A DNA stretch of 48,155 bases, taken from positions 26,924,261 through 26,972,415 of the forward strand of contig NC_069005.1 in NCBI RefSeq assembly GCF_001194135.2. The letters are read 5' to 3'. Below, piece by piece: positions 25,059 through 38,725 of the stretch. The notes beneath the pieces were generated by a model. It had not been told where the DNA came from, did not search any database, and saw only the letters and a list, made by a program, of their open reading frames with translations. The stretch is from Octopus bimaculoides. Lineage: Eukaryota. Every line of letters begins with the position of its first letter. The first letter of the stretch is position 1. A program made the translations under genes and the position numbers.

Positions 25059-26884
25059 CCTCTCACTACATACATACATACATACATACATATTCTACAT
25101 CTGTATTGTCTGGTAAATGTATATACATCATATATGTCTGTATATAGCAATAGATACATATATATTCACGATTAGCTCATATGCCTGCCTAAAATATACG
25201 TATATTTTACCCTTACAGAGAACGACATTGCCATATTGACTTTGAGCGAGCCTGTCCGCGAAGGTGGATATGTCCAGTTTGCACAATTGGCCAAACAAGG
25301 AGAAACATTTGGTACCCGAAGATGTATGGCTGCTGGATGGGGAGATTTCCAATGTGAGTATCAACGAAATTTCAACTGATGTTCCTATCATCTCAATTTA
25401 ATCATCGTCAATCGATATTAATCATCATTCAATTGTGTTGTTTTCAGTTAAAGGAAACAGTCCTGACGAATTATACAAAGTAGCTCTTCCAGCTATTCCC
25501 ATGATGTATGTACAAGAAGGTCAAGGATGCGAATTGCTGAAGGGGTTCTTTGTGCCGGAGATTTCAGACAAGGTGGAGCATCTACTTGCCAGGTATGTTA
25601 TATTGATATTATAGAATATATACCTATAACTGATGCATTTATTTAAATGATACATAAACAGTCATATATATATATATATGTGTGTGTATGTATATGTATA
25701 GTGAAAATTTATAAAAAAAAACAAAAGACGAAGATGGGTGTGTAAACAACAGATATTAATTNNNNNNNNNNNNNNNNNNNNNNNNNNNNNNNNNNNNNNN
25801 NNNNNNNNNNNNNNNNNNNNNNNNNNNNNNNNNNNNNNNNNNNNNNNNNNNNNNNNNNNNNNNNNNNNNNNAATCGATAGATGAGTGTGGAAGCCTCTCT
25901 CTATGTGTATGTGTGTGGGGGGGAATGAAAACTCTTTATCGTTATAAGTACATTTCTTTGTAAAATATATTGAACAAATGATTCAATATCTGAAATATTT
26001 AGTAAGATCTTCTGACTTTAGTCAATATCTAATAATTCCAGTGAATATAAAGTTATATTGTTTGTGTTTTTTTTTTCAGGGTGACTCTGGTGGTCCTCTT
26101 TATTGTCCAAGCTCAAGTGGTCAAATGGTTTTGGCAGGAGTAACATCTTTCGGAAATAAATGTGACAACGAAGTCAGTGCTTTCAGCGATGTCGGATATT
26201 TCCGAGACTGGATCAATAGTAACCTGTAAAAAGTACTTTAATGAAAATTTCTATTTATAAAGGAATGTCACTAAAATATTATTCACAATGAATTAACAAA
26301 TTAATAAATATATAAAATATTTTATCTGGTCGTTGTTGTTACACTGTTTCATGAGGGTTTTCGCCTATTTCATCGTGTTCAAGTTTGTTTCATAATTTAG
26401 TAGCGGAGTCTTATTCCTTACATATATATGTCTGTCGTTTGTAACTCGTTTTAAAGAAATATTTGATAAAACTATCAATTAACATGTCTTGCCCTAGAGC
26501 CAGATTTCCAAATCTTAGATCAAGCTGAATGGTCAGCTGTCACACCATGAAGAATAAACGTTTGGTTTACTACAAGTCAGTAACTGACTATCAAATTTTC
26601 TCTGAGCGGTAAATGCCAATATATGAACCGAAAACAGCAATCCGTCTATTCCTCTTTAAAATAAGTATACATTACATTATCTGACTGAAAAACCGAGCTG
26701 TTTAATTGCTCACTAATTTCAATATCTCCATCCTATACTGAATTTTCTTCTTTCATTTTGATTTACCATAAGTATACCATAAACTATATTTCTCATCAAT
26801 TAACTTGTCTCGCTCTGGCGTCACATTTCCAAATAAGTAAGCTCAATTTGCTAATCAGAAACCATTTGACCACTCAATTTGCTA

Positions 26885-27018
26885 AATCTACTCACAAGGC
26901 TTTGGTCGGCCCGAGGCTATAGTAGAAGACACTTGCCCAAGATGCCACGCAGTGGAACTGAACCCAGAACCATGTGGTTGGCAAGCAAGCTACTTACCAC
27001 ACAGCCACTCCTGCGCCT
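26885..27018 (-). mobile_element. SINE family 2 head fragment
   Basis: Reverse complement matches the head at 41133-41240. Confidence 0.7.
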
Positions 27019-27039
27019 TTTGAATATTTTATTTAATCA

Positions 27040-27935
27040 TCTCGGAGTCCGGTTTTGTTTAGAACAAAAATTAGGCATGATGTTAGTTTGATGTTTTTTG
27101 CTTATTTTACGTACAACTAACATTACTACAGATATCTTCCGGAGGAACCCCATTTCAAATGCATGTATTCGTGATTGCACTCTTTCAGTCATTACCCAGC
27201 ATTCATTACCATAGGCGAGGATAAGGCACGAAAATCGAATTGGAGATAATAAATGTGACAATTTTACAACTTTTACGTCTTCTGACGATCAAATGCTGGA
27301 CCTGGCGCATTACTGTGCCAACAACTACGATGTTTATGTCCAGTTCAGTCACGTGCACCCCATCACACATGAATATGACCCTGAGATATTTGAAATTTTC
27401 CTTTTGTCTCAGTCATGTTCCATTTATATTCAGAATGCACTAGGAAGACTTTCTTAAGAAGAACCAATGCAATTAGACTTCGCTGCACTAATTCTCATCT
27501 CTGCTTGTGGCATTCGGTGCATGATGGGGATCAACCTTCTGATGAGCCAAGTACCATATCGTCTGCAAATGTCAGCTGACCGATCCCATACCCACCTATT
27601 ATGATATCACTTTCATAACGGCTACGCATGTCAATTCAGTTCATAAAAATTATGAAAAGGCGGAACAACAATATGCACCCCTTACTAAGTCCAACACCCA
27701 CATCCACCAACTTCGACTAAGTACCATTTACTCGAACTCGAACATCTGGTCATTATTATAGAGACTTCAGAGAAAGCAGAAGTTGTCCATTAAGCCCAAG
27801 CCCCTGCAAAACCCCTCATAGCACGTGGTCATATGCGTTTTCGAAGTCTAGAAAGCAAGCATAGACCTATTCTCAATATTACCACGATTTCTCGAAGACC
27901 TACAGTGCAGTGGAATATTTGGTCGGTTGCGCTGC
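27040..27935 (-). mobile_element. Degenerate RTE-clade LINE fragment 3' of E (paralogous to 10815-11630)
   Basis: ORF 27037-27261 contains LAYGNECWVMTERVQSRIHAFEMGFLRKIS. It is an inverted match to the B-flank element. Confidence 0.82.
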
Positions 27936-28336
27936 ATTCAGGACGGGAGCCACACTGTTCTTCGGCAAGGTTGACTTTCACCCAACCACATCTTTTTTTT
28001 CCAAAAATCTAGCTTAGACTTCACCGGGCAGACTCAACTAAGAGATACTGTAAACAGTGGAAACCAGCTAGAACGTTTAAACTTAGTACCCATGCACAGC
28101 AGTGTTCAAGGGCAGTTTGTGCCGAGCGGCTTCACTCTGCGTGCTTTAACTTACCATAGCAACAGTTCAGATACTTATTGATCAGACCTCGTAGTTGAAC
28201 ATTCTCGCGTAATTATAATAACAACAACCACAACAATTTGATAAAATATTTTATATATTTATTAATTTGTTAATACATTGTTAGTAATATTCTAGTGATA
28301 TTTCTTTGTAAATAGAAAATTTCATTAAAGTACTTT

Positions 28337-29541
28337 TTACAGGTTACTATTGATCCAGTCTCGGAAATATCCGACATCGCTGAAAGCACTGACTTCGTTG
28401 TCACATTTATTTCCGAAAGATGTTACTCCTGCCAAAACCATTTGACCACTTGAGCTTGGACAATAAAGAGGACCACCAGAGTCACCCTGAAAAAAAAAAC
28501 ACAAACAATATAACTTTATATTCACTGGAATTATTAGATATTGAATAAAGTTAGAAGTTCTCAGTAAATATTTCAGAAAATGAATCATTTGTTCAATATA
28601 TTTTACAAAGAAATTTACTTGTAACGATAAGGAGTTCTCANNNNNNNNNNNNNNNNNNNNNNNNNNNNNNNNNNNNNNNNNNNNNNNNNNNNNNNNNNNN
28701 NNNNNNNNNNNNNNNNNNNNNNNNNNNNNNNNNNNNNNNNNNNNNNNNNNNNNNNNNNNNNNNNNNNNNNNNNNNNNNNNNNNNNNNNNNNNNNNNNNNN
28801 NNNNNNNNNNNNNNNNNNNNNNNNNNNNNNNNNNNNNNNNNNNNNNNNNNNTACGTCTACTTAAAAGCAGACAATGAATATGTGCCGAGACATGGAGACT
28901 GAAATCTCGAGGAGAATAAAGTCATGATGGAAGACGTTTCCCTCAATAAAAGATGTGCTCAAAGTAAAGTAGAACAAGATCCCATGTTCCAGTCTCTTCA
29001 ATAATACCGCCATTCCTGTTCTCGTGTACTAAGTGAGACATGGCTACGACGAAGAGGGAAGAACATCGAATAGCTGTGATGCAGACGGCTAAGAAAAGGT
29101 CCATGCTAGGAAAATCATACCGTGAGCTTATCCGAAATGAGGTAATTAGAGAACGGAGCTGAGTGAACGACGTAGTCGCAGAACACCAAAAGCACTAATT
29201 TCCGATCCAAGGGATCGGAAAGGGCCGCTCGGAAGATCCACCCCAAAACAATGGGAAGACGATTTAGTTAAACGGTTAAGGCCAAGATGAAATAGACGGA
29301 CAAAACCAAGAGAATTGAAAATGCATTGTGACCAGCGGTGTATGACAATATCCGACACTCTGCTCACTATAATGGTTCGTTTTGTTTCACAAAATTCATC
29401 ATTTGCTCAATATATTATTCAACAGGGAAATTTGCTTGTAAAGATGAGCAATTTTCTGTGCAGCAGATTTAGGTTTTGTGGGTCCGATATCCTTACATTA
29501 ATACATACACATAAACACGCATACATACAAACATACAAACA

Positions 29542-29577
<36 letters not shown>

Positions 29578-30765
29578 CGTGTGTGTGCGCGCGTGTTTAT
29601 ATGTATTGGCATATGTCTGTCAGTCTGTGTGTGTGTGTGTGTGTGTGCATATATACGAGGGGAAGTTAAAAATTATACATAGATAGATAGTTGCATACAT
29701 GCATACATGCATATTAATGTATATTCATCATTTTGACAGAGATATGAGTTAGATATTATTGTAATACCAAAATCACATACCTGGCAAGTAGATGCTCCAC
29801 CTTGTCTGAAATCTCCGGCACAGAGAACTCCTTCAGCAATTCGCATCCTTGACCTTCTTGTACATACATCATGGGGAATAGCTAGAAGAGCCACTTTGTA
29901 TAATTCGTCAGGACTGTTTCCTTTAACTGAAAATAACACAATTGAATGATGATTAATATCGATCGACGATGATTAGATTGAGATGATAGGCACATCAGAT
30001 GAAGATTTCATGATACTCACATTGGAAATCTCCCCATCCAGCAGCCATACATCTTCGGGTACCAAATGTTTCTCCTTGTTTGGCCAATTGTGCAAACTGG
30101 ACACATCCACCTTCGCGGACAGGCTCGCTCAAAGTCAGTATGGCAATGTCGTTCTCTGTAATGGTAAAACATACGTATATGTTAGACATACATATGAACT
30201 AATTCTGAATATATACAGAAATATGTGTTGCATATACATCTAATAGACATATATGCAATACGGATATAAATATATATGTGACAGTCATTGGCCTCGGCTC
30301 CCGCTGTGTCCTCTCGGACTTACTCCATTTCCTCTTTGCGCAACCCCACTAAGGTCGTTTGACAGCTGCAAAGCTCTTTCTATTGTATTTGTGATATATG
30401 TATAATTATAACATAAAAAAACATTGTATATAGCCGTAAGGCTTCGTGCTGTTTGCATATTCATCATTCTTTGTTGTTTTGTCATGTTTGTTTCTGCCTT
30501 AGTACACATTTGCTAGCTTTTTCCCAGTTGCTTAATAAAAAGCACTGGCATCTGCAAAATTGATCAGTATCAATGGTAACTAGCGCGAAACGGCCATGAT
30601 ATTTTGCGTCCACTGACTAAAGAGGAAAACTCAACTGCGAATATTCCATGTATCGTGTCTTTGTCTAATTTCAGGACCGTTAAGTTTTCGCCTAGTTTCC
30701 CGTTTGCTCTGATTTCGTCTAACTTCTTATCCTTGTTGTATTCTTTCCGTTCAACCCTTGATACA

Positions 30766-30813
<48 letters not shown>

Positions 30814-32470
30814 GAATTCATATACGTTAGACACATTTATTTGGAAAATGTACGCATGATATAGAAAGATATAGAAGTATAATACACCTTATAACAATGT
30901 AAGTAATTTTTTTTTCAAAATATACATCTTTCGAAATGAAAATCAAATATCAACAGATGACACAAACATTGTCGTCGACCTCATCATCATCCTCGTCATC
31001 GCTGTAAGGTACTGCAGCAGTAGTAGCAGCAGTAATTATAATGGAGATGTAATGTAGATATTTTTCTTACATAGAACTTCATGTCTAATGAATATATTTT
31101 GAATGTTAGGAAAACGTAAAATGCGATGAATAAAAAAGAAAAAATGTCAGCTTTTAAACATTCATTACAGACGCACTGAATTGAAAACACCAAATAATAG
31201 TTATCGTATATTGACACGAAATTGCAATTGATGAAACACCGATATTTACTGATATATAGTTGAGACAAAGAAAGAATTTATAAGAAAATATCTGAAGACA
31301 TGGTCATTGTAATACTCACTAATCAGGTATGGAGTATGTACGTATCCACCATGTTTCAGAATTCTACTTGCAGTTGTTGACTGAGAACCAGGACTCCATT
31401 TGTTATTGGAACCAATATTTACTTTAACCCTTCTGACATTTCCTTCGCTAAAATCAAATCAAATATGGCAGATCTTTAGCAGACAGTAATTTTATACAGT
31501 GATATACTTGAAACTGTCATCTTAGATATTAAATTATTTTAACACGACTCTCCTTTATTGCATTGTTATTATTAAACATTTATGTCCATTTATATGTTGC
31601 AATTCGGACCGTGTGTATTATTAAAATGTATTTGCATAGGTGTTGTTGGTCTGAATAATATCAAGCACACAGAAATTAAAATGAACAATTAATATACACA
31701 ACATATAGAAGGATGTTCAAAGATTGAAGTTATTTCATTTGACTCATTTGTTTATGGTAAAATTCAATATATTCTAAAATTGTGGGAAACAAAATTCAGT
31801 GAAAATTTTAACCTGGCATTAAAGCCAGTTTATACATCGCTATTTACTCCATCATCAAATTCTGTTCAACTTCTATATTATACGAACAGAGAAACTAAAC
31901 TTCCTTCATAAACATCAAGTGATAAAACAGAAAGATGCGAAAGTGTCAATCTGTACTGTTTATATATAAAAATACTTACAGGCAGTGAGCTGCTGTCAAT
32001 ACGTGTGTGGAATCAATCAAAGTACCTCCACATAAACTAATCATGTTATCTGTGGGTTGGTTAAATATTTGGAGGTGGACAATGGAAGGGAATTCGCAGT
32101 TTTGTGCTGGAGATCCACCGACGATCTGTGTTTCTGGTGCTGAAAGAAGATCACAAAACGAAATAAATATATATTTGTGAATATTCAGAAATGTCTACGA
32201 TATATCTATTGCTGTATTATATATAACTGTAAGCTTGTATGCGTCTTTAGTTAAATGTAAAAAATATCTTTTTCAAATACTTTTTCAAAGTATTTGAATT
32301 AAATTCATATGTTGAATTTACTGATACAGGTATCAGACTTTATATCTATAAAATAGTCGCTATCAATAACAGTTTCGAATTTTCGAAACCGTAACACGGC
32401 TAGATGGAAGACATGACTTGCCAGCAAAAACTGAAGCAACCAAAACAAGAAGACAACAGAGAGACAACAT
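28337..32470 (-). CDS. Secreted chymotrypsin-like S1 serine protease, paralogue E (intact; GC-AG intron 1)
   Basis: Exons 32422-32470, 31980-32139, 31320-31447, 30021-30155, 29781-29926, 28337-28486. Standard sizes. IVGG, TAAHC, NDIAIL, GDSGGP. Intron 1 donor is TG|GCAAGT. Confidence 0.92.
28860..29360 (+). mobile_element. RTE-like LINE 3' fragment in intron 5 of E (antisense to the gene)
   Basis: TWATTKREEH..AVMQ..RSMLG..IRNEVIRERS-like and GRPPKQWEDD-like motifs typical of RTE C-termini. Confidence 0.72.
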
Positions 32471-32538
32471 GGTGATTCTAAGTGTTCAGTTATCTGTGGA
32501 GAATAATTCAACTGATGCTAGAGTTATGGATCGTGTGG

Positions 32539-32546
32539 TATTTATA
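32539..32546 (-). promoter_or_regulatory. TATA box of E
   Basis: TATAAATA on the minus strand at the homologous position. Confidence 0.7.
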
Positions 32547-33559
32547 GGTAAGTATCATTAGGAAAACGTCTTTGAAGAAAGAACAGCTGTAATTATTCAT
32601 CAATGTTCGAACAATAAGACAAAGAAGAACAGAGAACGTTCTAATGTGAAGTAATTTATGTTATAATATGAAATATATAATCAATACAGCTTTATATTAT
32701 CTCACCAAAGTGTTGTTCTAATTTCTATTGAACGAGTATGGCAATCTTTTGAGGCTTATTGTAGTACCTTAAATTAATACGCCTTGAAAAAAGTTCCCAT
32801 ATTTTTATAAGTACGTGAAAGATATTTACCTTTTGTTTCATAAGATATATTTTATTGTGTTGACCACTCAAATGATTTCTGTTGAATATTGACCTACCTG
32901 ATTATTATTCCATCACCTGTCATTTTAAAATTATGAACCAGTTTGTATTAATGTTGTATAGTTATTTCTTACTTTAAAATATTTTCTGTTAATTAATAAA
33001 CGCAAATATGTTAGGATTAATGTCCTCATGTTGATTGTTATAGTCACAATGTTTCGGGCGTTTTGTCCTTCAGTCTTTTTTAGGTTTCTGTCGTATTATT
33101 TAATCTTCGATACGGAATACGGGTCTCGAAGCCGAACCTTGTATTAGATCCATCATTATGGAATGTCCTGTATCAGGACTATTCTCCCATTAATTATTCT
33201 CCTCTTGAAACGAAATGTATATTGTTTGCGTGACTCAGGAATAGAAATCACACCTGTGAGTTCAAACCGACACCGAACACTTTATCAACACTTATATCCA
33301 TGGTCACATTGAGTTGTAAGAGAATTACGTAGTGGAAATTAAGAATATTAGAACCTAATGTTTTTATCGTCATAAGTCAAATGCTTTTTAATTCTTCAGT
33401 AAAGGCCCTTTTAAAATGTTTGAGGCATCTCTCTTAAAGAAAGGTACTAAAAGCGAATATTATGACAGGATCAGCGAAATAGATGTGTAGCCTCGACCAC
33501 GGAACAATGTTTGCTTTTTATCGTGGGCAATCTTTTATTTCGTTTTGGCTTACATTCAG

Positions 33560-33985
33560 GTGTTCCATTCTGTTTTACTGCAATTTTTTGTTTCAGTCCC
33601 TCGATCGCATTCGAACCTTCGATTGAACCGACTATATTTTCCCACAAAACACTTATGGACGTATTCTATACTTTGAATAGTTTCATCCATTCTGTGCCGA
33701 ATAAATTAAGTGAACTTTTTAACATGTATTTTCGCCTTAATCGTTTGACCTTGAAATGCTACATTACATACGAACTCACCGAAAAAATATAATCTTTTTC
33801 CCGTGACACCATGTGCTCCCTTTTTCGATTTAATTAATTACTGACACATTTTCAAGTCTTTTCGTTTATAATGGTGATATCACTACCAGTGTCCAACTGC
33901 ATTTTAACACTTGTATTTCTGATTTTCACCTTCACGAATTTCTTCATCGTTATATTACCAATTTGTTCCGATGACATACTATTTA
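33560..33985 (-). mobile_element. Gypsy-type LTR retrotransposon aspartic protease fragment
   Basis: Minus-strand translation KKFVKVKIRNTSVKMQLDTGSDITIINEK (DTGS near 33879-33893), followed after shifts by GEFVCNVAFQGQT and NLFGTEWMKLF. Confidence 0.8.
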
Positions 33986-34679
33986 TTCTTTTTCCTTTGT
34001 TCTGACGTTTTGTCATCTTCATTCTACAGTGCGTCTTTATATGTACTATGAAAGATGCATGCTAGGAATATCATATATAAAAAGACTAACAATTGGGAGA
34101 GTAGTCCCGATATGGATATCGAAATAAATACACACAAACCAAAACATACAAAACGACCGAAAAGTTTAACTATTGCAATGAAGAATAGGACACTAATCCC
34201 AATATATTTGTGTTTATTAATTAACAGAAAATATTTTTAAGCAAGAAATAACTATATAACATTAATATAAACAGTTACATCATTTTAAATGACAGGTGAG
34301 GGAATAATATTCAGGTGGGTCAATCTTCCATTGAAATCATCTGAGAGGTCAACACAATAAAATATATTTTATCACACAAAAGGTAATTGTTTTTTACGTT
34401 CATATTAAAAATATGGGAGCTATTTTGAAGATGTATTAATTTAAGATATTACAATACACCTCAAAAGATTACAATACTCGTTCAATAGAAATTAGAACAA
34501 CACTTTGGTGGGATAACATAAAATTGTATTGATTATATATTTCATATGAAAACATAAATTACTNNNNNNNNNNCATTAGAACGTTCTCTGTTCTTCTTTG
34601 TCTTATTGTTCGAACATTGATGAATAATTACAGCTGTTATTTTTTTCCCTCAAAGACGTTTTTCGTAATGATACTTACC

Positions 34680-34687
34680 TATAAATA
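34680..34687 (+). promoter_or_regulatory. TATA box of F
   Basis: TATAAATA at the homologous position. Confidence 0.7.
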
Positions 34688-34755
34688 CCACACGATCCAT
34701 AACTCTAGCATCAGTTGAATTATTCTACAAAGATAACTGAACACTTAGAATCACC

Positions 34756-36468
34756 ATGTTGTCTCTCTGTTGTTTTCTTGTTACGGTTGCTTCAGTTTTT
34801 GCTGGTAAGACATATCTCCCGACTTGAAGTGTTACGGTTTCGAACTTTCCAAAACTGATATTGATACCGACTGTTCTATTGATGTCAGTCCTGAAACCAG
34901 TATCGATATCTTTAAATCACTAATTTCATGTCGAAAATATGTCCGAAAAATGATTTTACTTTTCATATTTGATTAATGCTTACAAACTAGCAACCATATA
35001 AATTACAGTATTTGATATTTCGTAGACATTCCTGAATGCCCACAAATATATATTTATATCGTTTTGTGATTCTCTTTCAGCACCTAAAACACAGATCGTC
35101 GATGGATCTCCAGCACAAAACTGTGAATTTCCTTCTATTGTCCACCTCCAAATATTTAACCAACCCACAGATAACATGATTAGTTTATGCGGAGGTACTT
35201 TGATTGATTCTACACACGTATTGACAGCAGCTCACTGCCTGTAAGTGTATACATTTACAGATTTACGTTTTCCCATCTTTATATTACATCACTTGGCGTT
35301 TATGAAGGGTAGTTTAGTTTCCGTGTTTTATAACATAAAGATTGAAAAGAATTTGATGATGGTGTAAATAGCAACATATATCAAGCTAAAATTTACATTA
35401 AATTTTGTTTAAAACAACTTCAGAATATATTGACTTTTCACCATAAGCAAGTAGGAATATTTAGATAAAGATATATATTCGATTTTCAACTAAAAATTAT
35501 ATTGAGTCAAATGAAGAAATAACATTTGACTTTCTATGTGTCTAACCATTCGTGGGTTGGCGGGGTCCCTTAGGACCCCAGCAAATTTTGAAAGTTATGC
35601 AACTTTTACATTTTTTATTTAAATGATTTTATATCTCATAACTTTTATTGTCAATAGTTTATATATGCTTGTACAAATAACACACAAGATCCGAAATGTA
35701 ACATTGAAATGGATATCAACGTTTAATAATTACACTGCAATATAAGAGAGTTCTATTACAATACTTTAATGAATAGACAAGCAGTTTAATATCCAAAAGG
35801 AGAATTTCTAGTATATTACGGTATAAAATTACTGTCTGCTAAAGATCTGCCATATTTGATTTGATTTTAGTGAAGGAAATGTCAGAAGGGTTAAAGTAAA
35901 TATTGGTTCCAACAACAAATGGAGTCCTGGTTCTCAGTCAACAACTGCAAGTAGAATTCTGAAACATGGTGGATACGGACATACTCCATACCTGATTCGT
36001 AAGTATTACGATTATCACGTTTTCAGATATTTCCTTATAAATTCTTTCTTCCTCTCAACCATATATCACTAAATATCAGTGCTTCATCAAGTTCAGTCTC
36101 GTGTTAATATATGATAGCTGTTGTCTGATGTTTTCCTTTCAGAGTTCTTGTAATGATTATTTAAATACTGACATTTCCTCCCCATTGTTCATCACCTTTT
36201 AGCCAAACATTCAAAATATACTCATCAGACCTAAAGTTCTATGTAAAATATCTACATCTCCGCTGTAGTTACTGCTAGTATTACTGATGCAGCTTACATC
36301 GATGATGATAATGATGGTGGTGGTAGTGGTGGTGATGATGATGACGACGAGAACAATGGACGTATCATTTGTTGATATTTGAGTTTGATTTTTTGCAGTT
36401 ACATTGCAACAAAAATGCTGCTTAAACTTATACTGTGTATCATATATGTCTTTCAAATCAATACGTTT

Positions 36469-36511
<43 letters not shown>

Positions 36512-37566
36512 GGTATATACATCGTATATTTCTGTATATACCTAATGACACACATATATGCATCGCTAGTATACATGTATGCCTAACATATGCGTATGTT
36601 TTCCCCTTACAGAGAACGACATTGCCATACTGACTTTGAGCGAGCCAGTCCGTGAAGGTAGATGTGTAAAATTTGCACAATTGGCCAGAAAAGGAGAAAC
36701 ATTTGGTACCCGAAGATGTATCGCTGCTGGATGGGGAGATTTCCAATGTAAGTATCATGAAATTTTCATCAAATGTTCCTATCATCCCAATTTAATCATC
36801 GTCAATCGATATTAATCATCATTCAATTGTGTTATTTTCAGTTAAAGGAAACAGTCCTGACGAATTATACAAAGTGGCTCTTCCAGCTATTCCCCATGAT
36901 GTATGTACAAGAAGGTCAAGCATGCGAATTGCTGATGGAGTTCTCTGTGCCGGAGATTTCAGACAAGGTGGAGCATCTACTTGCCAGGTATGTTATATTG
37001 ATATTATAGCATACTAACTTCAAAGCCGCACATTTCAGAAAGCTCTCGGTATGATATTCCCAGCATGGACCTTTCCTTAGTCGTCTGCATCACAGCTAAT
37101 CGATGTTCTTCCCTCTTCGTCGTAGCCATATCTCGCTTACGTACAAGAGAGTACTGGAATGGCGGTATTATTGATGAGACTAGCACGAAGAGTTTTGTTC
37201 AACTTTACTTTGAACACATCTTTTATTGAGATAAACACCCTCAAATTTGCCCATATTCTTCTCGGGATTTCAGTCTCCATTTTCGACACGCATTCATTGT
37301 TTGCTTCAAATAGTCGTACTTCTTAATTTCCTCGATTTCATCGTTTCCCACTTCTTTTTGGCCTTGAGCTACGTTTTCATTAAATATAAAATTATATTGT
37401 TTGTGTTTTTTTGCAGGGTGACTCTGGTGGTCCACTTTATTGCCCAAGTTCAAATGGTCAAATGGTTTTGGCAGGCGTAACATCCTTCGGACGTAATTGT
37501 GACATAGAAATCAGCACTTTCAGCGACGTTGGATATTTCCGAGACTGGATCGAGAGTAATCTGTAA
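34756..37566 (+). CDS. Secreted chymotrypsin-like S1 serine protease, paralogue F (intact)
   Basis: join(34756-34804,35081-35240,35871-35998,36613-36747,36842-36987,37417-37566). APKTQ-IVDG, TAAHC, QNDIAIL, GDSGGP. C-terminus [27 protein letters not shown]. Confidence 0.94.
37015..37370 (-). mobile_element. RTE-like LINE fragment in intron 5 of F (antisense to the gene)
   Basis: ORF 37004-37186 has MATTKREEHRLAVMQTTKERSMLGIS. It is homologous to 28860-29150. Confidence 0.72.
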
Positions 37567-38159
37567 GAAGCGCTTTAATAAAGATGTCTACTTACAGAGG
37601 AATATCACTAGAATATTATTCACAATGAATTAACAAATTAATAAATATATAAAATAATTTATCAAATTGTTGTTGTTGTTATAATGCTACTCGACAATTT
37701 TCAACTATTTTACTGCGTCTAGTTTTGTGGTTCATAATTTCGTTGTCGAATCTTATTTCTTACAAGTGACTCATTTGCTTATCTTTTTTTGTTGTTCCGC
37801 TCTTTTGCTTGGAAAGTCTATGCAATATATATTGGCCGATTAACTGAAGAGATTGTAACTAGAATCATAAGTGGTTACTACACTTACTAATCTAAGTTAC
37901 CATTTCACAAACGATTGATGTTTTTCGTTGTTCGTATTTCGAAAGCAAAGCGAATTTATCTGAAGAATGCAGAATGCTAAAGTATTACAAAATGACATTT
38001 TAAAATCAAGAAAATATTTAATAACGTCCTGACTTCCTCAACAGTTTAGGAGGATGGTATTTTCTTAATGATCAGTGAATTTGAGTTTCATTGTCCTCAT
38101 CCGTCGAGTGGTTTCCAAACAAGTGTGACATATAAAAGTAAAGTTTGTGGGGCAGACCA

Positions 38160-38725
38160 TCAAAACCAAGCGATTTCCCCATAAATCACCAGTACTGAAA
38201 AGATATTCAACAGGCGTTTAATCAAATTATCATATAGTTGCTGCCCCAATATGTAGAGCATCATTACACGCAAGCAGCGCCAAGAGCCTGCTCCTAGTTG
38301 TAACTGACGAGAGCCAGGAACCTGTGCACTCGTCCAAGACTGCATGAGTAAAATCTGTCATATATGAGGTAGGAGTTACAGCAATGCTCGATGATCACGT
38401 AAGCGAAAAGAGTTACGTCGAGCTGTCTGAAGGCGACTTCAAAAATAGCTATACCAACCACATATCTTCCTTCTGACACAGATAAATTCACTAATCTGGT
38501 TAATCACGTATGGGTTTTGATGTCTAACACCACACTACATACAATCAAGTGGAAAATATTTAATAAGTCCAGTCCATATGTCAACAGATCAAAAAAATGT
38601 AAGCTGGGCATACCTGAAAGAACACAGATCGTTTTCAGATCTAAGAAATCCAGTGCACTGCTGAATTCCAGATCTGAATTTTTCAACAGATGTAACCATG
38701 TGTTTAAGTTCCAGTTGGCGAATTG
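38160..38725 (+). mobile_element. Penelope-like element GIY-YIG endonuclease remnant (Neptune-like Cys linker)
   Basis: Frameshifted translation KIFNRRLIKLSYSCCPNM..CN*REPGTC..DC..SVIYEVGV..KSYVELSEGDFKNSYTNHISSF..IKWKI..KKCKL..LLNSRSEFFNRCNH. Confidence 0.8.

Larger units (their letters stand above)
22931..26229 (+). pseudogene. S1 serine protease paralogue D; 1-nt deletion in exon 5
   Basis: Exons 22931-22979, 23235-23394, 23966-24093, 25219-25353, 25448-25592, 26080-26229. Exon 5 is 145 nt (gctattccc-atgat versus gctattcccc-atgat). The shifted frame stops in exon 6 and loses GDSGGP. The lesion is in a C homopolymer, so an assembly error is possible. Confidence 0.75.
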
